A DNA stretch of 64,000 bases from positions 32,001 through 96,000 of IMG/VR virus record IMGVR_UViG_3300009103_001934, one strand, 5' to 3'. Positions 1-11,500 of the stretch are shown here, in pieces. The stretch's first letter is position 1, and each line of letters starts with the position of its first letter. Position numbers and translations under genes: made by a program. The stretch is from a virus. The notes under the pieces are model-generated. The model saw only the letters and a program-made list of their open reading frames with translations, made no database searches and was not told where the DNA came from.

Positions 1-1
1 G

Positions 2-340
2 CAATTAGGTCACTGGTGTAAGGTGATTTTTAGAAAATCTACTAACGAAAAGACCGGGGTAGAGGTTCGTTATCCTATTCGTTATCGTTCTCAGGCAGGG
101 AAAAGTATATGGGTAGAATACGAGGTCGTGGATATGCTACTGGCTTGGGACATGGCCAAGGCAAAGGGTGCGTGGGTTACAATATCTGATGAGCTAGTAG
201 AAGAAGTAAAAAAAGAAGTCAAGCTAGAACTTAAAAAACAGCATCAAGGGATGGATAATTTACGAAAATACTTTGAAGAGAATAAGGAAATAGGTAAATT
301 TTTATTTAATAAATTTAGAGATGTGTTAAAAAAAGCGTGA
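2..340 (+). CDS. recA: RecA-like recombinase, C-terminal part (ORF open from the window edge)
   Basis: Frame is open upstream of the GTG at 23. EVVDMLLAWDMAKAKGAWVT...QGMDNLRKYFEENKEIGK parallels the RecA C-terminal domain (GAW, QG..N, L..N.E pattern). Followed by replication genes. Confidence 0.72.
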   Translation, partial: QLGHWCKVIFRKSTNEKTGVEVRYPIRYRSQAGKSIWVEYEVVDMLLAWDMAKAKGAWVTISDELVEEVKKEVKLELKKQHQGMDNLRKYFEENKEIGKFLFNKFRDVLKKA

Positions 341-984
341 TAAAACTAAAAAAAACTTTTAGGTCTCTCATAGGAGCCGCTGGAGGTACAGATAAAGAAA
401 AAAATCACCCCTACGGTACTATCTATGATTTAGTTTTTAATCATCAATACCTTCAAAAAGGCGAAGCGATATCCGTGTTAGAGATAGGAGCATCAAAGGG
501 GGGTTCCATGGTCGCCTACATAGAGCAAGGAGAGCAGTACATAAATAAAATTGTAGGGATAGACATTCAACATAAAGTAAGAAAAGCTTACAGACATAGA
601 ATAGAGGAAACACCTTATGCGCATGTAGAAATCGGTAATGCGTACACAGATGAGTTTACCAAAGAGATAGAAAAAAAGTATGGTAAATTTGACATAATTA
701 TTGATGACGGGCCGCATAATTTAATATCTCAAGAGTTTTTTTTACGAGAGTATTATGATTTACTAAATGAAGGAGGAGCCCTTTTAGTCGAAGACGTTGC
801 GTACGGTCAGCGATCTCTTTCCGGCACCGAGCACTGGCCCATGTTACCGCAGCAGCAGCCATGGCTCGAGGACCTTAAAAAAATTAAAGAGGAGCTTGAT
901 TTGTACATTATAGACCTAAGACATAACATGACCCGAGATAAGCTTAACGATTCAGTTATTATTTTAAGACACAAACAACCTTGA
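337..984 (+). CDS. Class I SAM-dependent methyltransferase (sugar O-methyltransferase / Methyltransf_24-like)
   Basis: VLEIGASKGGS motif I, acidic GIDI motif, FDIIIDDGPH motif, LLVEDV. Confidence 0.8.
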   Translation: MIKLKKTFRSLIGAAGGTDKEKNHPYGTIYDLVFNHQYLQKGEAISVLEIGASKGGSMVAYIEQGEQYINKIVGIDIQHKVRKAYRHRIEETPYAHVEIGNAYTDEFTKEIEKKYGKFDIIIDDGPHNLISQEFFLREYYDLLNEGGALLVEDVAYGQRSLSGTEHWPMLPQQQPWLEDLKKIKEELDLYIIDLRHNMTRDKLNDSVIILRHKQP

Positions 985-1010
985 CCTTTTGTCACAATAG
1001 TGTATATTAT
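981..1010 (+). promoter_or_regulatory. sigma70-type promoter overlapped by the GTGTA motif, upstream of a candidate ncRNA
   Basis: TTGACC 981-986; TATATT 1003-1008 (16-nt spacer) or TATTAT 1005-1010 (18 nt); GTGTA at 1000-1004. Confidence 0.6.
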
Positions 1011-1016
1011 ATATGT

Positions 1017-1080
1017 AGGCTCTGACGTTAAATCGCGTAAAAATAGGTGGGGATCAAACACCCCTACTTCGTCAGGGTCT
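1017..1080 (+). ncRNA. Candidate structured small RNA or leader (unassigned family)
   Basis: 11-bp outer helix 1017-1027/1070-1080 and 8-bp inner helix 1045-1052/1062-1069 with G-U pairs. Promoter upstream, T-rich tract downstream. Confidence 0.5.
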
Positions 1081-1117
1081 CTTTGATTTTTCTTTTACTT
1101 AGTGCTAACTTTACCCC

Positions 1118-1534
1118 GTGAGACTTTATAATATCAAGGGTAAACTGCAGTCTAGGCTAGTTTCCAAGTTTCTTATTGATTGGGATAAAAAGTCTAGGTC
1201 GAAAATCCAGTTCAAAGTCAAACAATTTCTTAAGCCTTATTGGCAAAATCATATAGTTTATGAGGAGTTTCCCGTATACGGAACTCGGCTTAAAGTTGAT
1301 TTATTAAATGCCACTAAGAAGGTGGCTGTTGAAGTCAACGGAAGGCAGCACAGTAGCTTTAATAAATTCTTTCATAATAACTCCCGCGCAGAGTATTTAA
1401 AATCAATAAAAAGAGATGTTGAAAAAGCTAATTGGCTAGAATTAAATGAGTATACCCTTATTGAAATAGAAGAAGATGAAGTTCCTAATCTAGGAAGAGA
1501 ATTTATATTAAAAAATAAGAAAAAGATTATATAA
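1118..1534 (+). CDS. Vsr/DUF559-like PD-(D/E)XK endonuclease
   Basis: EEFPV...LKVDLL...VAVEVNGRQH...RDVEKANWLELNEYTLIEI pattern of very-short-patch-repair-like nucleases. Confidence 0.7.
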   Translation: MRLYNIKGKLQSRLVSKFLIDWDKKSRSKIQFKVKQFLKPYWQNHIVYEEFPVYGTRLKVDLLNATKKVAVEVNGRQHSSFNKFFHNNSRAEYLKSIKRDVEKANWLELNEYTLIEIEEDEVPNLGREFILKNKKKII

Positions 1535-1546
1535 TAGAGATATCCT

Positions 1547-4500
1547 ATGCCATGTACTAAATCCAGTGTATTAGTTTTTAAGGTTACGTTCAGATGCGAC
1601 TTGGGCGCAGATAACACTGGCGGCTGGGTCATGGCTGGGAATAATAGTTGCCAAGACTGTGATAACAATACCGTTGGCAACCTTACAGATCATGCAGAGG
1701 TTAGTTATGTTGGTAGCACCTGCACAAGCCAAGCGACGAATACTTGGGTAGTAGCCGCGATTAATGACCCCGATTTCCCTGCGGGTACATTTACATCTAA
1801 CTCCGGAGTAGAACAGGACTATATATTTAGACTATCTCACTACACGGATGGCGGGGGAAATTTAGGTTCGATCATAGGTAACTGTACCACGGATCCTTAT
1901 TCGGGTGATTGTGTAGATGTAACAGGGAATACTTGTGAGTCAAGCAGGGCTTGCGATTTTGTAAAGAGAGCGTTCGTTGACGGAGAGTACTCCTTACCAG
2001 CCATCACGGAGGCATTTAGGATTGCTCGTGGTTGCGGAACACACACGGCTACAGCCACAGTAAGTGAGACGCCAACGTTAACAGCTACAGCCACGATAAG
2101 CGAAACGCCGACGTTGACGTCTACAGCGACAGCAACATCTACAGTAAGTTACACTCCGACGTTTACGGCGACAGATACAGGAACATTCACAGCCACCTCG
2201 ACCCTAAGCGAAACGCCGACGTTTACGGCGACAGCAACAAGCTCATTCACGGGAACAGCGACATCGACCGTGTCTGATACATTAACGTCTACAGCGACAG
2301 CGACAGCAACAAGTTCATTCACGGCAACTTCCTCAGATACCGCGACAGCGACTGGAACCTTCACTTCTACAGCTACTTCGACAGTATCCGAAACGCCCAC
2401 GATGACCGCTACGGCTACGTCGACAGTCTCGAACAGCCCAACGGCCACAGCAACAGCGGTTTCGGGCCCAAGAGTAAAGGTAATTCTTTGTTCGGATGTA
2501 TATGACGGAAATTTCACTAATTTTAAGTATCTTGCTTACGATGCGGAAAGTAATAACGCAATCACTCAGCGTCTAAAGGCGGATAGAGGCGCGAACTTCA
2601 ATACCCCGGCGAGGTGGGGTAGAGCCATTCATGCAGATGACGGAAACTGCTATTACGTAGTCAGTTTGGCGGCCACACAGTTATCAGTCGGCGGCGTCGG
2701 TGGGATCACCGTTCATGCTGGTTGGGCGCTGGAGTCATCCATAGTCAGCGGCAAAACAGCCCATAAGTGGTGGCTTGAACTCGGGCATTTTGGCCCCAAT
2801 ATTAGTGCAGTTTCGACAATTTCTAACGCAAACCAAATTTCTAGTACGGGATTTACATCTTCAGGCTCAGCAGGGTCTGGTAGCCATTCCGGTTGGAGTG
2901 GGGTCTTTGGTCACGTCGGCAAAAACGATTGGCAGATGAGGCTCGACTGTCCGCCACAACAAGATTGCGCCTACTGGCTATGTGATCCATCTAGATCAGG
3001 TTTAAATTGTGGAGCCACAGGGACCGCTACGGCAACAGCAACTGAAACGACAACATTCACAGCCACTTCGACCCTAAGCGAAACGCCGACGTTGACGTTG
3101 ACGGCGACAGCAACATCAAGTTTAAGCGAAACATTCACCGCTACATCTTCAGCTACGGTAACAGCCACAGCTACATCGACCTTAAGCGCAACGCCTTCGA
3201 CTACAGGGACAACGACAGCTACAGCAACAGTAAGCGACACAGCAACGTCAACAGTTTCAGCGACAGCAACAAGCTCATTCACGGCAACAGCGACTTCAAG
3301 CCTTACTCCTACGATGACAGCTACGGCAACAGCCACAGCTACATCTACAGAGATGCTTAAGCCCGTTTATGTCTGCCTAGCTATCTTGCCAAAATGTGGG
3401 CACGGCGGTAACCTAGGCGCAGGCAGCATCCATAATGATCACGCAGTAATAGCTATGCATCCGTCTTTTCCGAACGGAAATATGGACATGTCCTCTTGGG
3501 AAGCGTGGAACAAAGAAAGCGGCACTTATGTTTCTACGCCCAAATACGTTATTGAAGCGGAACATTTGGAACCGTCTTTCAATCAAGAGTGTTACCAGAT
3601 GCATTACCCACCGGGCGCGGGTGACCCAGCGGGAGGTTTTGATGCTAGAGTTTTTGAGTTTGACCTTACTGAATGGGTTAGAAATGGTGAATCAAATATT
3701 AATGATGCGCTGATGTTCACTCAGCCGCTTGGAGGCCACGGACTAGGTATGGCGTTTCGTGATGAGGTAGATGGACGAGGCGGGAGAAGGCGCCTCCGCC
3801 GCGGCGAACAAAAGGTCCGTGCTAGCCGAAACCCGGCGGCTATCGCAGTTTTACAAGCATGGCTGAGCCGGATTGGTGGATCTGTGTCGACGTTTACAAC
3901 GTATATAGATTCTCTAGCCGTCGCTGATCGAACGAAACATAAAACGGGTTGTCAATCTTGCGCTGGAGGGACGATAGCAAAACCCAAGCTTACTGTCCAA
4001 TTTGGTGCGCAAGATCCCATAACGACTAATTGGAACGTTTCGGATTACGATACCGTCTGCGCTGGCGGATCCGACTGTGACGGAATAGCTTCGCCTAAGA
4101 TCACCAACGCGTCACAAGGTAAATCGAACGTAGAAGAAACAAATGAGGACACAGCATTCATGGCGGGTCTTCAGATAACATTAAATAATAGCAATAGTTC
4201 GACTGAAGTCTCAAATAAATATGGCATCTCGTGGGTATGTGAAGGTTTTGCTATTTCCCATAATGCGCCAGAGGGATGGTCATTTCCCAGTGACGTAATA
4301 GCTGGCGTCTCTAAGTACGATATATTACCCAAAACAACAATCTCCAGTCGGGGCGCTTCTAACCCGGAGAGTATATTTCATGAGCCTAATATTAGCAAAA
4401 CCCGGAATCCTCTGACCGGCAGATCACCGTCGGACAAACATATCGGCTCAGGAGCAGAAGCGATTAATAACGAGTATGGAGCCGACTTGAGCGAAGAGGC

Positions 4501-5455
4501 TATTCAAACTCCGGAGCAAAGCCTTATTTCAGAGAATCTTTCTTGGAAGTTAGCCGCGAAAAATTCCATAAGGTACGAATTTAGAGCTGAACAAGTGGTT
4601 CACCCCTGCCCCGGCAGCGCCTCGCTTACTATTGACAAGAACAAAGGCTGCGCTCATGAACAAACTTTTACCGCCCGTAGCATTTCAAAACAGCAAGATT
4701 ATAATTTTGTTCTGTCTATGAAAGATTCGTATACTTCCGCGACCACCAACATAATGCGCACGCCCAAGGTCAGTACAGACAACACATGGGATCTAGCGCA
4801 GATAAAAGCGGCAGAATATGTGCACGATATAGGTAATTTGGCTGATTTAATTGGCGCTGCGGGTAGTTCGGCAATTACTGATGACTATCCATTTACTTTT
4901 TTTATTAAGAATAACGGCATAGGTTCGTTGGGTTTTCCCAAGCACGACCGGATCAACTCAAGCTTAATGGGTAATATTACAGTTGACGGTATGCAGTTTA
5001 AAGTCAATTACGCGGATCCGGGTGATAACACTTTTGGGATAGTAGTGGCTCGCTCAACGGATATGGGCACATCATGGCAGAGAGTATCAAGAGCAGACCA
5101 AAATAAAGTTTGGGGATCAATATCCCTAACTAATGGCTTTGCTACTGCCGGCCGCGCAAATTGGGTTACGGCTGGGCAGAGAACGGTAAGATGGCGAATG
5201 ACCACCACTGAAAGTTTTAGTTTTAATTTGAACCCCAAGAAAATGTTAACCGATAGTTCGCCGCTGTCTGTGGGAGACTATAGGCTATACGTTATTCTCG
5301 GTTTGTATAATGCCATGGCGGGGACAACACCAGACGCCGTACCTGTTTCAGTTGTTCCAGTAGTGATAAAATGGAGTATTCCTTCGGATTATGCGCGCTC
5401 GAGTCAACAAGAAGTACCTGTATATAGTCGAAGCACTACCAGACGTAGGAGGTGA
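1547..5455 (+). CDS. 1302-aa orphan with two mucin-like Thr/Ala/Ser repeat stalks separating Cys/Gly-rich modules; possible virion fibre or adhesin
   Basis: Long uninterrupted ORF, (T-A-T/S) low-complexity blocks, no signal peptide. Function is inference only. Confidence 0.85.
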   Translation: MPCTKSSVLVFKVTFRCDLGADNTGGWVMAGNNSCQDCDNNTVGNLTDHAEVSYVGSTCTSQATNTWVVAAINDPDFPAGTFTSNSGVEQDYIFRLSHYTDGGGNLGSIIGNCTTDPYSGDCVDVTGNTCESSRACDFVKRAFVDGEYSLPAITEAFRIARGCGTHTATATVSETPTLTATATISETPTLTSTATATSTVSYTPTFTATDTGTFTATSTLSETPTFTATATSSFTGTATSTVSDTLTSTATATATSSFTATSSDTATATGTFTSTATSTVSETPTMTATATSTVSNSPTATATAVSGPRVKVILCSDVYDGNFTNFKYLAYDAESNNAITQRLKADRGANFNTPARWGRAIHADDGNCYYVVSLAATQLSVGGVGGITVHAGWALESSIVSGKTAHKWWLELGHFGPNISAVSTISNANQISSTGFTSSGSAGSGSHSGWSGVFGHVGKNDWQMRLDCPPQQDCAYWLCDPSRSGLNCGATGTATATATETTTFTATSTLSETPTLTLTATATSSLSETFTATSSATVTATATSTLSATPSTTGTTTATATVSDTATSTVSATATSSFTATATSSLTPTMTATATATATSTEMLKPVYVCLAILPKCGHGGNLGAGSIHNDHAVIAMHPSFPNGNMDMSSWEAWNKESGTYVSTPKYVIEAEHLEPSFNQECYQMHYPPGAGDPAGGFDARVFEFDLTEWVRNGESNINDALMFTQPLGGHGLGMAFRDEVDGRGGRRRLRRGEQKVRASRNPAAIAVLQAWLSRIGGSVSTFTTYIDSLAVADRTKHKTGCQSCAGGTIAKPKLTVQFGAQDPITTNWNVSDYDTVCAGGSDCDGIASPKITNASQGKSNVEETNEDTAFMAGLQITLNNSNSSTEVSNKYGISWVCEGFAISHNAPEGWSFPSDVIAGVSKYDILPKTTISSRGASNPESIFHEPNISKTRNPLTGRSPSDKHIGSGAEAINNEYGADLSEEAIQTPEQSLISENLSWKLAAKNSIRYEFRAEQVVHPCPGSASLTIDKNKGCAHEQTFTARSISKQQDYNFVLSMKDSYTSATTNIMRTPKVSTDNTWDLAQIKAAEYVHDIGNLADLIGAAGSSAITDDYPFTFFIKNNGIGSLGFPKHDRINSSLMGNITVDGMQFKVNYADPGDNTFGIVVARSTDMGTSWQRVSRADQNKVWGSISLTNGFATAGRANWVTAGQRTVRWRMTTTESFSFNLNPKKMLTDSSPLSVGDYRLYVILGLYNAMAGTTPDAVPVSVVPVVIKWSIPSDYARSSQQEVPVYSRSTTRRRR
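2039..2458 (+). repeat. Thr-rich coding repeat block 1 (TATAT/SETPT units)
   Basis: About 140 aa of TATATVSETPTLTATAT-like units. Shares a 41-nt segment (2183-2223) with block 2 (3053-3093) at 40/41 identity. Confidence 0.9.
3014..3349 (+). repeat. Thr-rich coding repeat block 2
   Basis: About 112 aa of TATATATETTTFTATSTLSETPT-like units. Confidence 0.9.
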
Positions 5456-5551
5456 TGATAATAAAGAATCCCCGAAAACCCCCCCAATAACATTAAAAAG
5501 GTTGAAGGTGAGCTAATAGAGTGTAAAAATAAGTGACCATTCGAGTCAGTT

Positions 5552-8500
5552 ATGGGAGACAATAGTTCAGCCAGCGGCGGTTCAACCGCCCCATCGACAA
5601 CCCTCGGTACAGAAAATACGTGGAATGTGTCGTTAGAGAGGATACAGGGAGCGGGGACCGCGTTCTTTTGTACTATCGAAATCATACAGTGGGATCCCGA
5701 CAGGAATACTTACGACGGGTTTGACAGCACAAAGCTTTGGGCTGAGAGCCACAGCAGCAAAGCTATTTGTATAAACGATAGCCCCAACGTAAACATCCCA
5801 ATCAAACAGGCGGATGGCTCCCCGCATATAACCCCCTTTGATACAACTGACCTATCGAAACCCCTCGTATTAAAAATGGAGGGCTGTTCGGTCACCAGCA
5901 GTGATCCGACACTAGAAATTGCTTTAGTAAGGTTAAAGGTAAAAAGCTGGTCTTCCGAGGCTGAAGCAAAAGCTGGAGCCGTTGGCGGGACTTTACCTGA
6001 CGGAAGTACTCCAGTGGCGATCGATGATGATGCGCAGGTTTTTGAGTTAACGACGCTCCCAGACTCGGTATATTATTTAAAGTTTAAACCTTGCGCCGGC
6101 GCGGATGATATGAGCGCGCCATGGACTTCGCAGCCAGTAGGATCGACTCATAGATGGGGAGGTGGAGGTCCGGGCGGCGGCATTACGAAGCCTGATTCCT
6201 CATTTTATGAAAGCCCCTGCAAGGCGTCATACAATACCAAGAATCTTGAGTACTTGAAAATAGTAGATGACGAATGGGGTGGAGCAGGCAAGCCCGTTGT
6301 GGGAGACGTCTTTAAGTCGGACTTAAGTTGTATAATACAGGTCGGCAGCCGGGGGTCAGACGGTACAGTTACGCCCGGTACGGTCGGACCCACCGCTTGT
6401 GGGGCAACCCCTTCAAATCATGTTTCATTCAAGGAGTGTTATGAAATTACTGAGTACATGGATGAAGACAAGTGGAAACTAGAATCTGCGAACGCAAGTC
6501 CTCCCGGCGGCGATTTTAGTAAAAGAATTTATAATCATGGCACTGCCTCGAACGACGCAACAACTATAAATCCCAAGACGGGAGGAGGGGGAGCTTTGTA
6601 CAGGGGCGGGAGATTCCAGTGTGCTTCTACGGCCGCGGGCGGAACAGGTAGTGTTTGGGCCTGCATCGGTAACGAGACCATGGACGAATATCATCTTTCA
6701 GAGGCCTTAGCTAAGAGCTTAATATCTATGGGATGGGGGGAAGGCTTGTCTAATTTTAGAGCGACAGCTTTTGAAACCACGATAGATCATGTTCAAAAAG
6801 GGCTAGCAGGGGCGCCGTCTGCAACGAAGGTCGCTTGGACTAGGATGGTGGGAGCGGGACACACAAGGGTACATAGAGCTTCATTACCGGGCTCATCAAG
6901 TAATTACAACTGGAATGGGGAAGTAACTTTCCAACCTAGCACGTCTTCTGGATACGGTAAACCTTTAGTGGATAGTGTCTCCCTGTGGTATGCATTTACA
7001 ACTTCAGCGTCACAGTCTTACGATTTCTTTGATCGATATAGGCAGCAAATAGAAATTGAGGTTAATAAAGCGCGAAAGATGAAAGGGAGCGAAGCAACGC
7101 TCGATTATGAAGTAGTTAGAGCTTGGGATCCGGAATATAAAAAGATATTTATTGAACAAACGATGCAGAACTCCGCCTCCCTTGCTGTAGGCGGAAAAAT
7201 AAATGAAAATTTTGAGTTCGGTATATCTATGAACGTCTCTCAGACGACCAGAGAAGGCGTGGACGGTTATGAAAATCCTACTACCGAAACCTCGACAAAC
7301 GTATCTTGCAGAGCGTACGTTACGTGGAGAGACCTGTTGACTTACGCTTCTGGAGACGGAGACCCAGACGCAGAAGGTAGGTGGACAGATGCTGTCACGG
7401 TAGCGATTGATTTAGGACAAGCTGGAGGTACGGTAAAGAAAAAGATGTCTTACTTTAAGACTGACCCAGCGACAGGCAACCCCATTCATGCAACGACTAC
7501 CGAAAGGGCGCATAGACTAGACAGCAACGGTAATCCCGTAAACGGTAATGCACACGGTCCGGGTTCCCCAGCAGATATTTTTGCGCAAGAGGAGGTCGCA
7601 GGAGATTGGAAAGATAGTCTTTTTGAGATACAGAGTATTAGTATTAATTATGATTTAAAATCAAATAACGGCTGGGCGATAAGCGTATCCTCAAGCTATA
7701 ACCCAGCAACAGGAGCTACTAATATAAACCCGAGCGTATCGTACACTTCTGAGATACCCGGTTGGGAAAATGTCGTATATAGTTTAGATTGGAATCCAGA
7801 TAAAAGTAGCCCCGGATTATCATTAGCGTATAGGAGTGATGACATTTTTCAAAAACTAACCGACAGAGGCCTAGGGACAGAAACATTTTTCGGCAGACCG
7901 ATGAAGCTTTTCCTTAATGCGGGGATTTCCGTTGAAGAAGTAGGCGGGCTGGGCGCGGGGAAAACACTCAAACCGAGTTGGAGTTTTAACGGAACTTGGG
8001 GTAGGCCAGCGGGGCAAAGTATTCTCGAAGGGTTCAATTATGATATTAATATCCAAGAAGGAAGGCTGGCAATCAGTAATGCCGTAAATCTTTACACGCA
8101 TACGACGGAGACAGATCAAGTTCAGGTTAGTTGGGGATTTGATGCAGACCTCGGCGACCCAACCGCCCCGTTTTGGGGAGGGGTAGGACTGGATAATTCC
8201 GGAGTCCACTTCGGGCTTGATGTAAAATTTGAGAAAAATATCGCCGAATTCGGAGACGTATGGGGTAAGCTTATTTTAAGATCGAACTTTACAGCTGGAC
8301 TAAGGGCAGGAACTAGAGTGGGAACAGGCGGGGGAATCTCTGGTGGGATGGCACAGTTTGGTCTTTTCGGTAGAGTAGGAATTGAGTGGGACAACGGTAT
8401 ATTGGGGTGGTTAAAATTTCCATTAAATGTTATCCCCGGAATTGGTGCAGCTTTTGGCTGGAATTTTGTTTTAAGAGCGGAGTCTACCTACGGAGGGACC

Positions 8501-11500
8501 GTAACGGGAGCGCAGGCCGTAATGGCGCTGGGTCCGATAATGTGGAACCTTAAGCCTGTAGATAAACTTCGCGAGCATCTCCGAAGACAACGGGACCCTT
8601 GGGTAGAAGACATTCCTCTTATCGGAGGGATATTGTCAACTTTACCTGTTGTTGGCGTTCTTGGTCCCCTCGAAAATGAAATACAATATTTAGCTAGAGC
8701 GGGTTCGTATAGAGCGTTCGCTTCACTTGGGGCAGCAGCAAAAAGCTGTAGGGATAAACAGAAGACGGCTTTTAGAACGATGTGGCAGGCTATAGTTTCT
8801 TACCAAAGAGGACTTGGGGTCAATAGCGTAAAACCCTGCTTAGCTCAAGATTATACTGATGATGGGGGGACTGTCCACCCGGGCGTGGATGCTTTCTGGG
8901 AAATCGATTCAAGTGGAGTAACGCATTTAGTTATAAAGATTCCAGCGGGGTTCTATCAGCACGCTAATCAGAGAAAGTCTTCATATTGGTATCATTATGA
9001 TAGTATATATCATCGAAACCCCGCCACTGAAAGAGCTCGCAAAACGGCTGCTCAGCGCGCTGTCGCGACAGATGGCGATGGTGCCGATTTAGCGGGCCAC
9101 CCAGTCCCAGCAAGTGATGTGGAAATCCGAGCAGGAGATAGTGCTAAAATAAGAAAGTATCTTTCTGGCGAACGCTGGAGACTAATTGCTTGTGAAGACG
9201 ACAATACAGGTTACCCCGCCTGTAGATTAAAGAAAAATTTCTTTGAAGTGAGAAATTCGGTGAACCCACAATACCATGCTCGATTTAATATTGATAAGAA
9301 AAAGTGGCTAGATAGGCATAAGCCCTGTAATTGTTTGCGTTCAGAATTTGACAAATGGACTCAGCACGAGCACCACAGATTGCACGACTTGGTCCAATTC
9401 CCGGAGCTTGATGGAAGTGATGGGTATGTACAAGCGGTATTAACGGTAATAGATGACTTTGTTTACAATAGAACAATAGGTCACTGCCACGAACTCGCGG
9501 ACGACGCTTGGGAAGATACGCGGGGGAATACAAAGTCTTGGGAAGAACTGTTCAAGACCCAAGCAGGCAACCCTAATGAACCAGTAGATCCTCCCGGCGG
9601 TCTCACTGGAACCGTAGACACAAGTGACACAAGCAATCCCGAAACGACAGGTACGTTGCTCGAATGGCAGGAGATGGACAAGGCACTTAAAGCTATGGAC
9701 AACGGAGATAAGTTCATGTGGAACGGTACAGAATATGAGATCAAAGAGGGTAAGCTGGGTAAGATGGACTACGGAGACGAAAGTTATCGTGTCGCGCTGG
9801 CTGGGGCGATAGCAAGTTTATGGGCTACGAGTTGGGAATCTAATGCTTGGGCACATGCCGGAAAAGATCAAGTGGAGGTGGAGGGAAGTACAGACCGGCA
9901 AGGCAAGTGGGATCCGCCTAATGGGGGCGACACACTTGGGGATAGTACTAATGAAACCGCACAATTTGTAGCCAATCGAGACGGCCCATCAGCAGGAGCG
10001 GCCAATCCATCAAACTGCGGATGTGTCCCTCCGGACAGTGTTGGCTTCTTCGAAGGCATCGCGCGGGGCGTTTGGCGCATCATTTGGGTTCCCGGTTGGT
10101 TTTTGGGTGACGACGAAGCGCCCATGGACCCATGGCGCCCGGCAATTAATCCTAACTCAGCTTGTGTTAGGTTTTGTATAGAGAGTATGCTTAAGAATGA
10201 TAAACCTTATCGGTATAATTTAATTGGTACGGTCTGGGGGTGGCTAGCTTCTACTATAAAATTTGGAACAAAAAATTGTTGTGAGAGGGGCTCGGGTACC
10301 GGAGGAGGAGGCCCGGGAATTGACTCCAATTTATGTCAAGGTCTATATGAAAGCTGGGAGCACTGGAAGGCTAAATACGAACTGGATTTAGATCGATGGA
10401 CGGGCATAGCGGAGTGCCCCATGAAAGACTCTACGTCGGCCTGTGTTAGCTGTATGCCAAGTTTTTCTACAGGAATAAGTAGTATTCGTAATATAGCCAT
10501 ATTTGGAGGAGCAGGGGATAGGGGGGATGACTTATGCTGTAATAGTCGAGCATACTTCAGGGTATGGAGATATTTATTATCCCAAGCTGGACGAGCTAGA
10601 ACAAAAGCTAGGACAGCGAAGAGGGAGTTAGATATAATCCCGCTAACTATATATTGGAGAAGTGCAACCTGTCAGAAATCGGGGTTGTTAGGTAGAAACC
10701 CCGATGGTAGAGCTCTTACTGCCCAAGGAAATTATTACCAACCGCACCACCCCCTTACGAATGACGGCGTAAATCATGTAACCCAGAAAAAATGGCATAA
10801 GGCGGATGATGGAGTGACCTTCCTAGACGATGGAAGTATAAATCCAGAGGTAGAGGTAGATTGCATAAGCTGTTCGCAAGAAAGAGACGACGAAGGAAAG
10901 CTTAAGTATCCCCCCAACATGGGGACATTACATACCCCGTCCGCTGGAGTGAGTATAGGGCCAGCAGTTTCAAGTAATCCACCAACAAATACACTGTTTT
11001 CTCCCAACGCGCATGACGATTGGCTTAAATATCAACTTAGCTCGTCCATAGCCCCATCTAACAGTGACGAAAGAAAAGTGGCTGCGCCTTCAAACTATTA
11101 TCTTCATGATACGGGTATGGGATTAAGCCAAACTACGGTCTACAATCCTCCTACTTATGACGAGTGGGGACCCAAAATACTTAGGCTTTATGCTTATTTA
11201 TCACATAGGGCAGATGGAATAAATTTCACACTAAACTCTCCAGAGTATCATATAGGTAACGACCTGTGCGGGAGCGCGAGTTTAACAGTGGATGAAGCTA
11301 CAGACCCAGCAATAGATAATTGGCACGCATCCGCGGCGGCTTACGGAGATTATTCATTCTATAAATTTGGATCATGGACCGCTCCTTCTTCGACAAGTGA
11401 TTATAATGATAAATTTTCACCTCACTGGTTTTGGCCGATGAGCGAAGTTATTGTGGGTAAAGGACATTTTAGATGCCTTTCGCACGCTGCGGCAGCGTGG

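Noticed and set aside
1021-1080. Hammerhead ribozyme or tRNA reading of the small RNA
   Set aside because: No CUGANGA/GAAA core in register, no TTC T-loop, no anticodon arm and no CCA.
1897-3336. Minus-strand Val/Ala-rich ORFs (1897-2094, 2149-2517, 2971-3336)
   Set aside because: Antisense shadows of the Thr/Ala codon repeats of the + strand gene.
2039-3349. Repeats as a possible CRISPR array or DGR template/variable pair
   Set aside because: They are in-frame degenerate coding repeats with no constant repeat-spacer period and no adenine-specific mismatch pattern; no reverse transcriptase or cas gene is in the window.
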